From: Octopus bimaculoides
Taxonomy: Eukaryota
Assembly (NCBI RefSeq): GCF_001194135.2
Contig: NC_068982.1
Span: 141,450,387 to 141,494,260 of the forward strand
Direction of reading: 5' to 3'
DNA length: 43,874 nucleotides
Shown in pieces: positions 36,020 to 43,874 of this stretch. Positions within the stretch are counted from its first letter, which is position 1; every line of letters begins with the position of its first letter. A program made the position numbers and the translations under genes. Under the pieces are notes generated by a model. That model was not told where the DNA came from. It made no database searches and was given only the letters and a program-made list of their open reading frames with translations.

Positions 36020-36635
36020 TTGTTTACGTTTCAAGCCTACAATGTCCATGCTGGCATGCGATGGGCATCTTGACCAGGGTTGACCAGGTTTGGCAAGCTG
36101 GAAGGCTGCCCCAGACTCCATTCTGATTTGGCCTGGTTTCTCCGGCTTGATGCCCTTTCTAACTTGAGAGTGCCACCGGCACGTGCGCCATTTGCGTGAC
36201 ACAAGTTTCTGCCACGTCTGCTGTTTTACTTAGCCTGATGGGTCATCTTGCCAAACACTAATCATTGCGTCTGTGAGGCTATGAGTTCGAAGATCATGCT
36301 TCACCACCTGGTCCAATGTCTTCCTGACTCTACAATTCCCCACTCCACAGTTAGAGATCAACACGGTTTTTATGCATCTGTCCTCATTCATGCGCATCAC
36401 ATGACCATACCAGCGCAGTCGTCTCTCTTGAACATTCCATCTGATACCTCTTAGGCTTAAATGTACTTTCAAGATGATTAAACTCTGTTGCGCACTCACA
36501 CTGTCATTGGACATTCACCTAAGCATACTGGCTTCATTTCCTTCAAGACTACGCATCTTCTCGGCTGTCACAGCCCATGTTTCACTGCCATGTAGCATAT
36601 GTGTTCGCACACAAGTATCATACAATCTGCTTTTC
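36020..36635 (-). mobile_element. RTE-clade LINE 3' end (C-terminal ORF region plus 3' UTR)
   Basis: RLYDTCVRTHMLHGSETWAVTAEKMRSLEGNEASML...VQERRLRWYGHVMRMNED...RKTLDQVVKHDLR. Downstream UTR includes an RTE-tail-like GATGCCCTTTCTAAC read on the + strand. Confidence 0.9.
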
Positions 36636-36665
36636 AAAATTGTTCGATTCGGATTCCGTGCGCCT

Positions 36666-36757
36666 TAAAGTTTCAAAGTCGCAAACAGAACCTTTCCTTA
36701 GGGCGGTGGAATTCCACCCGCCTGAGGAAGAACCTTGTTAGGGGCTTTGAAACTTTA
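36666..36757. repeat. 92-bp imperfect palindrome centred on GTGGAATTCCAC
   Basis: TAAAGTTTCAAAG ... CTTTGAAACTTTA outer arms (13/13), 12-bp perfect core, and symmetric length with no indels. Confidence 0.85.
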
Positions 36758-36924
36758 CCTAGCACGGAATTGGCATCGAACTGTTTTGAATAGTACATGG
36801 AAATCTAAATAAATCTGTTGAGTGGCCTTTCTCTCGTTTATCCACTTAATCCTATATATAAAAATATTTTCAGAATGAGATATAAATCCAAGGATGTGAA
36901 AGATGTCAGAACATTTATAAATAG

Positions 36925-36971
36925 GTCTTACAGCTGTTTCCGGGATATTTTATATATCCCTTCATCGGAGA
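36925..36971 (-). ncRNA. Minimal type I hammerhead-ribozyme-like motif in probable PLE terminal repeat
   Basis: Minus strand TCT-CCGATGA-A-GGGATAT-ATAAA-ATATCCC-G-GAAAC-AGCT-GTA-AGA: U4 changed to C, 7-bp stem II, palindromic ACAGCTGT stem III, GTA triplet, stem I TCT/AGA. Confidence 0.7.
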
Positions 36972-37182
36972 AGATGTGAGAGGATGGCTAAGCAATAGTT
37001 ATTCTAGGGAAGATATGAAAGAGAGTGTGAAATGGAGGAATGAAAATAGACTTGAGATATGCAGGGATATTATATCTTCAGTTCCATTACTTAGGTAGAA
37101 TGGTATACAGATAACATTCCAGTAACTTGTAAGTTCCAATAGTATTTAATATGTGTGTGTGTGTGAGTGTGTGTGTGTTTAC

Positions 37183-37647
37183 GTCACTAAGGTAGCAACG
37201 GTCTCTAATCAGCGCCAGAATTGCTAGAAATAAGAGCTAAAAGAAATCCATAGCCACAGAAGCAGTTTCTTAATGATGTGACAAGGGAGGCAACTCCCTG
37301 CAGTAGCCGGTACAGTTAGATTATCTATGCTTACGCATTTTAATGCTCATTCGTGACTGTTACAGCACCAAGGGTTAAACTTAGCTCACCATGTCAGTTT
37401 ATAAGATTTCCGTTGAAATCATACGCTGATTTCACAAACATTAGAAGAGAAAATTATAAATAATACGGATGGCTAATTCGCAATTTTACAACCTAAATGC
37501 AGAATTACATGCGTTACTAAAGTGACAAAATCCAATAACCAGCACCAGTATTGCTAGAAATACGAGTCAAAATAACACAATAGCCACATATAGCACTATT
37601 TTAAAGACTGACAAGGGAGGCAAGCTCCATACAAGCAGCAGATACAA
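37183..37647 (+). repeat. Diverged direct repeat pair (~133 bp; 37183-37315 and 37513-37647)
   Basis: Shared blocks gt.actaa.gt, cagc.ccag.attgctagaaata.gag, atagccaca, tgacaagggaggcaa, spaced 330 bp apart. Confidence 0.75.
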
Positions 37648-37748
37648 GGTGTTCAAAAAGTTTAGCCTAGGATGTGCACAAACGGCAGTAAAAAACGAAA
37701 TGAAATTTTATATAATGATATGAAGGACGACACTTTCAACACCTCTTA
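37643..37748. mobile_element. Possible ~106-bp mariner-derived MITE
   Basis: Ends TACAAGGTGTTCAAAAAGT and (reverse complement) TAAGAGGTGTTGAAAGTGT match at 14/19, both starting with TA. Confidence 0.45.
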
Positions 37749-37759
37749 TAAAAGTCTAA

Positions 37760-37804
37760 GTATTTCGCCCGGCGTGCTAATGTTTCTGCCAGCTCGCCGC
37801 CTTA
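37760..37804 (-). mobile_element. SINE family B 5' fragment
   Basis: atttcgcccggcgtgctaatgtttctgccagctcgccgcctt matches the head at 10905-10938. Confidence 0.8.
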
Positions 37805-39999
37805 ACAAGTCGTAAATATTAGGTTAGAATGTTTCGCACGGCTGGTTTTCTCAGGCAAGTTTGCATAAACGGACACGCTCCCTCACACATTCGCACATAC
37901 AAGCGCGCGGGCATATACATTCTTTTTCGTCTGAATTAAAGTGCCTAATACATTAATTCATACACATATCTCTGTAAAAATAAACACGCATAACGTTCGC
38001 AAACATGTATGCACACACCCACGTATACATACATACACCTACACACACACGCACACATATGTATATCCACACAGGCAGATATACACAAGCTTGTATATCT
38101 AAACTTTCATTAGGTGACTGTTATTCATGACGTTGCTTTGTCTGTACTACAATCAGTACGCGATATTGTGACTGTATCTGAATGTTCCACATTTTTGTCT
38201 CAAAACGTTATTTTCTGTTTGTATAGAATGATTTTGGCTGCGAGTGGTTTTATTAAATGTAAAAATTTCTTTGTAATTAATTTAGCTACAATGATATTCA
38301 ATTTGCGCTGATTAAGTTACGTTATTGTCATCGATTGAAAAAAAAACACTTTTATAGGGTTGAGCGTTATAGGGGCATTCGGCTTGACTACATTGTAATA
38401 AAATACAGCTATATTTGGTGAACGTATATTTTTGCAACGAATTTCTGATACTTCTGTAATAGGTCTTAATACTCTATTTAGAAAATTAGCTTTTCCAAAA
38501 TCGTGTGTCCCTTAAGAAGTGGAAGTCTTATCAGCAGTATTATCAAAATGAAATCGATGCAAAATCTGCTTTGGGTTGCATAAGAAAACTCTTTAATTTC
38601 ACTTTCTGCAATGCGAGTTTTAAAACGAGAGGAGACCACTATGACCTTAGTAAGACTGGAACCTGCAGGCAGGTGGTGGCTTCCAACGCACAGGAGTTTA
38701 ATGTCAGCTACAAACAGAGCAGTGGATTCGAGTGCTTATTAACTGGCGTACTAACGGGCAGTATGCAGATTTAATAATATAAATTATTGTTTATAGAGTT
38801 ACAGAGGTTTTATGAAAGTATCATTAATGCTCTTATGAAAGGCAGTAACATGTAATATATCGCATTTGCTACGGTTTATGCCAGTACTAAAATATTGCAT
38901 ATGCCTTATAAAATATATGACAAAATGTCTTAATATGAGTGGTAAAACGTATGAGAATATTTCAGCTGCTAATGGTTTGATGTTTGTCATTCGATTGCAT
39001 CACTTGAGGCTGTATTAGCGACGTTTAGATTGTTCCTTAAGAGTCCGATATAGATGTTGCAACGTATGGTTGCTCGTTCAGAAATATAGCCTCAATGCAA
39101 ATAAATTCATGCTCATCTTTTATGTTTCTGCTCCTAACTTTAACATCCCCATAACTTAGCGAGCGCTAAATGTACGAAGACCTAAGACATGATAATCGAG
39201 TTGAATGGATTCTATATGTACTACTGTGGTAAGAATCATGATAAATTCAACTAAGTTTTATATGTTACAAGTGTAAATGTGCCTTCTCATATACGCTGGA
39301 TTTAATAGATGCCCTGGAAAGTTTACTGATTTGAAAGCACCACAGTTGGTAAAAAGTGTTGGCTTGACCAGAAAAAAGTGACCATCGACCAGATTATGAA
39401 ACTGGAGCTACTGCAGATGACTTTACCAATAAGATTAAATCGATGTGCTTCGGTTCTTCTCTATAGGCTTCGAAGACGTTTCACACAATTATTTGACACC
39501 GTTCAAGAAATAATTTATCGCTAACAAATGGAAATAACATACTTGTGAAGTAGCACCCTTATACGTAATAAACTACTCTCCAATAGCTTCGTCGTAACTT
39601 ACAAAACCATAAATACAGACACAACCTCATAATGAAATCATAACGGAAGGGTAGAATCTCTCTACTTTACTGAAGATAATTAATGAGAGATTATCATGAG
39701 ATGGCATGTGTCTAGCTGTACTTTATCTCTAAATTCCACAAATCCAATATGATTTCCAATCTTGGCACTTCTAAATTTATAATGGTTTAGTAAGTAATGG
39801 CATATACAATGCTCTTAATTCGTCATCGGAAGTGCCACTGGATTAGTCGTACTGTGCTAAGAGGTTCATATAGGTGTATATATTTGAATAAAATAATGGT
39901 CCTTATTTGCTCAGCTGAGCAGGTGCAAACTGCGACTGGTAAAAATGTACACTTTGAACATATATATGTATATGTGTATGTGTTTATGAGTGTATTTAG

Positions 40000-40053
40000 C
40001 GTGTGTGCTAGCGTGTGTGTGCTCGTGTGTGTGTGTGCTCGTGCGTGTGTGTG

Positions 40054-40085
<32 letters not shown>

Positions 40086-40095
40086 NNNNNNNNNN

Positions 40096-40131
<36 letters not shown>

Positions 40132-40142
40132 TAAGTGTGTGT
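40000..40142. repeat. (GT)n microsatellite with small gap
   Basis: Directly visible. Confidence 0.9.
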
Positions 40143-40811
40143 GTGCGTACTATGTTGGGGCGCATGTGTGCGGGCATGTGTGTTTATTATTTGTAACATA
40201 AAGATTTTCAATTTGTGTTCCATTATATGATTCGGTATTATTCTACATAATATTTCATAGACATATGTTCTGTATTTCGATATGTATGTTGGCAAAGAGC
40301 CACAAATAAGAATGCTTTACACGGAAACTGAATCAAACACGATACACACACTAGCACAAGCGTTCGCACACGCACATACACCCAAAATTACACAGAATCA
40401 CTTACGTATATATACATATATGTACGTCCTTACATACATAGGCATACGTATATGTAGGTATTAGAATATTTATTGCAAGGCTGATAAAATTCCCTTGTTG
40501 CAAAGAAAAACAAAATTCTTATCCAAATATTGATACATAATGTTATATATGATTATCTTTCTATTTAATAATTCATCATTAAAGGATAAACAGAGCGGCC
40601 ATCATCAAGTGAAAATATATGGCATTTGTTGAAATTAAACATGCAGCTAATGGACCAAGTCATTATGAAATTCTTAGTAATAAGTTTCATTAATAAATAA
40701 TGATATATGAATATGTTTAAAAATGACAATTTTCCAATATAGAATTCACATTTGAAATATATATATAGTCATTTACAAATACACACACAAAACTCACATA
40801 CACACACACAT

Positions 40812-40820
40812 CTCTCTCTA

Positions 40821-40881
<61 letters not shown>

Positions 40882-40898
40882 ATATATATATATATATG
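40812..40898. repeat. (CT)n-(TA)n compound microsatellite
   Basis: Directly visible. Confidence 0.95.
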
Positions 40899-41788
40899 TA
40901 CATATAATGAAGGTGGCTAGACGACAATCTAAGACTAGAGGGCAAAATTCATTTATCACTAATAATGACTGCGTAGGGTAAACAAGCACCTACATTGATA
41001 GAGACAAGAGTCAAAGACCCCTATACCCAGACAAAGCACAATGTATGTACTGACAGGAGAGATAACCGCTCCAAAGTAAGCGACTTCACTATATTGGCAA
41101 GATAGTTTCATTTTGAATTAAAGCTCGTTGGTAGTACCTACTCTATCGCTGATGTTTAAACTAAATCCTACCAGTCAGTATATAGTATGTATCAATGGCT
41201 GATTTAGCAACTTGATACGTTTATATGTGTGTGTGTGTGTATGTGTGTATGTGTTCTTGTGTGTGTGTTCTTGTGTGTGTGTTTGTGTGTGTATGTTTAT
41301 ATGTATGTATGCCTGTTGTGTGTGTGTGAAAATAATAAAATAACGAAGGCAACTATATAACAATATATCACCAAAATGGAATAAATCGGTTGTTTCTAAT
41401 AGTGACTTCGGACGAAAGGGCTGATAGACAGAAATAGAGTCATACAAGATTTAGGAAAATGTATACTTACATTTTATGAGACCGAGANNNNNNNNNNNNN
41501 NNNNNNNNNNNNNNNNNNNNNNNNNNNNNNNNNNNNNNNNNNNNNNNNNNNNNNNNNNNNNNNNNNNNNNNNNNNNNNNNNNNNNNNNNNNNNNNNNNNN
41601 NNNNNNNNNNNNNNNNNNNNNNNNNNNNNNNNNNNNNNNNNNNNNNNNNNNNNNNNNNNNNNNNNNNNNNNNNNNNNNNNNNNNNNNNNNNNNNNNNNNN
41701 NNNNNNNNNNNNNNNNNNNNNNNNNNNNNNNNGTGTGTGTGTGTATTTATATACTCATATATATATATATATTTATATATATATACTC

Positions 41789-42195
41789 ATTTCTTTTACT
41801 CTTTCTTACTTGTTTCGGTCATTTGACTGCGGACATGTTGGAGCACCACCTTTAGTCGAGCAAATCGACCCCAGGACCTATTCTTGGTAAGCCTAGTACT
41901 TATTCTATCAGTCTCTTCTGCCGAACCGCTAAGTTACGGGGTCGTAAACACACCACCATGGGTTGTCAAGCGATGTTGGTGGACAAACACTGACACACAA
42001 ACGCACACGCACACACATATATACATATACATATATACGACGGGATTCTTTCGGTTTCTGTCTACCAAATCCACTCACAAGGCTTTGGTCGACCCGAGGC
42101 TATAGGAAAAGACAATTGCCCAATGTGCCAAGCAGTGGGACTGAACCCGCAACCATTTGGTTGGTAAGCAAGTTACTTACCACACAGCCACTCCT
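41789..42195 (-). mobile_element. tRNA-derived SINE, family A (near full length, least diverged copy)
   Basis: Reverse complement has head GAGTGGCTGTGTGGTAAG, B-box-like GGGTTCAGTCCCA, internal TA/TG tract, body and an AAAGAGTAAAAGAAAT tail. Abuts a gap. Confidence 0.92.
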
Positions 42196-43135
42196 NNNNN
42201 NNNNNNNNNNNNNNNNNNNNNNNNNNNNNNNNNNNNNNNNNNNNNNNNNNNNNNNNNNNNNNNNNNNNNNNNNNNNNNNNNNNNNNNNNNNNNNNNNNNN
42301 NNNNNNNNNNNNNNNNNNNNNNNNNNNNNNNNNNNNNNNNNNNNNNNNNNNNNNNNNNNNNNNNNNNNNNNNNNNNNNNNNNNNNNNNNNNNNNNNNNNN
42401 NNNNNNNNNNNNNNNNNNNNNNNNNNNNNNNNNNNNNNNNNNNNNNNNNNNNNNNNNNNNNNNNNNNNNNNNNNNNNNNNNNNNNNNNNNNNNNNNNNNN
42501 NNNNNNNNNNNNNNNNNNNNNNNNNNNNNNNNNNNNNNNNNNNNNNNNNNNNNNNNNNNNNNNNNNNNNNNNNNNNNNNNNNNNNNNNNNNNNNNNNNNN
42601 NNNNNNNNNNNNNNNNNNNNNNNNNNNNNNNNNNNNNNNNNNNNNNNNNNNNNNNNNNNNNNNNNNNNNNNNNNNNNNNNNNNNNNNNNNNNNNNNNNNN
42701 NNNNNNNNNNNNNNNNNNNNNNNNNNNNNNNNNNNNNNNNNNNNNNNNNNNNNNNNNNNNNNNNNNNNNNNNNNNNNNNNNNNNNNNNNNNNNNNNNNNN
42801 NNNNNNNNNNNNNNNNNNNNNNNNNNNNNNNNNNNNNNNNNNNNNNNNNNNNNNNNNNNNNNNNNNNNNNNNNNNNNNNNNNNNNNNNNNNNNNNNNNNN
42901 NNNNNNNNNNNNNNNNNNNNNNNNNNNNNNNNNNNNNNNNNNNNNNNNNNNNNNNNNNNNNNNNNNNNNNNNNNNNNNNNNNNNNNNNNNNNNNNNNNNN
43001 NNNNNNNNNNNNNNNNNNNNNNNNNNNNNNNNNNNNNNNNNNNNNNNNNNNNNNNNNNNNNNNNNNNNNNNNNNNNNNNNNNNNNNNNNNNNNNNNNNNN
43101 NNNNNNNNNNNNNNNNNNNNNNNNNNNNNNNNNNN

Positions 43136-43306
43136 CACCGGTAAAAGTTTCACTCATTTAATTATTTATTTTTTTCTAAAATATTCGTTGCGACTTGCAA
43201 CTTTTTCAATAGACCGGGCTTAGTCAATGACGATTGAAAAAGTTGCACGACGCAACAGAACTTTTAGGAAAAATAAATAACTAAATGAGTGGGAACTTTA
43301 CCGGTG
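43136..43306. mobile_element. ~170-bp foldback/MITE-like element with ~75-bp inverted arms
   Basis: caccggtaaaagtttcactcattta.ttatttattttt...ttgcaactttttcaat [22 nt] attgaaaaagttgca...aaaaataaataa.taaatgagtgggaactttaccggtg. Left end abuts a gap. Confidence 0.8.
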
Positions 43307-43838
43307 ATTGTGTTAAGGCACTAAAGGAGTTGGGAGGCATAGCGTTCATTTCTTATCCCTAACATTCCTTTTCTAACATGCCTACTTTCTCTCTCACTCT
43401 TTCTCGTCTACTCACACTTAATTGTAGACTTTCCCCCCTTTCGTTCCCTGTTCCCTCTCTCCCCCTCTTTCTCTTATCCTCGTTCCCTTTTATCTGCTGC
43501 CCACACGTGACTGATTTTAGCCTACTGGTCAACTTTTTCTCCTATTGTACTGATTTTGTTTTACATACATTTTAAGATTTGCTCCAAGCGTTAATCCACC
43601 ATCTTCGTATTTGGTCGAAAGGTTTCATTTATTTTCTTAGTTTGTGTATCAAATTACATTTGTTTACTTTCATACGTCCACACTGTATTTTATTGTTTAG
43701 TAGACCCATAATTCTACACAAGTGTTGCGGGTACTGCCAATATACAAGTTTCCCAGTCTTATAGTTACAAGCACGAAACTGGGTTTTAGTAGTTTTGGTC
43801 AATTTCTTGGGTGTATAGTATATAAAGCATTTTTCATT

Positions 43839-43842
<4 letters not shown>

Positions 43843-43874
<32 letters not shown>
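43843..43874. repeat. (TA)n microsatellite
   Basis: Directly visible at the window end. Confidence 0.95.

Noticed and set aside
38505-38774. 89-aa ORF
   Set aside because: Non-ATG start, no recognisable domain, no splice signals.
13950-42195. tRNA-like A/B-box sequences
   Set aside because: They are SINE heads continuing into SINE bodies; no cloverleaf or anticodon arm, so no tRNA gene is called.
2029-43161. Many long ORFs in the track (e.g. 2029-2973, 3750-4664, 21959-23059, 41963-43144)
   Set aside because: They consist mostly of N gaps translated as X; only the PLE part of 21883-22089 is meaningful.
1-43874. CRISPR array, rRNA or prokaryotic operon
   Set aside because: No regularly spaced repeat-spacer array, rRNA motif or gene-dense region; the sequence is eukaryotic repeat-rich DNA.

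Overview
AT-rich, microsatellite-laden eukaryotic scaffold with many N gaps, most of them bordered by (TA)n. The repeat content resembles Octopus/cephalopod DNA; this is my inference from remembered repeat families, not a search result. No host protein-coding gene could be recognised. The long ORFs in the supplied track are artefacts of N gaps or microsatellites. What can be supported is a field of decayed mobile elements: Penelope-like retroelement (PLE) RT and GIY-YIG fragments, a Ty3/Gypsy remnant with a tRNA-Ser-type PBS, RTE and R4/Dong-like LINE fragments, five mariner transposase fragments, two tRNA-derived SINE families, and small inverted-repeat elements. The most interesting structures are: several degenerate minimal hammerhead-ribozyme-like motifs, including a co-oriented pair 153 nt apart; two palindromes whose arms carry hammerhead-core-like motifs; a TA-flanked element made of two mariner 5' ends fused in inverted orientation; and several junctions that appear microhomology-mediated. 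All translations and alignments were done by eye, and element boundaries are approximate (about +/-10-20 nt).
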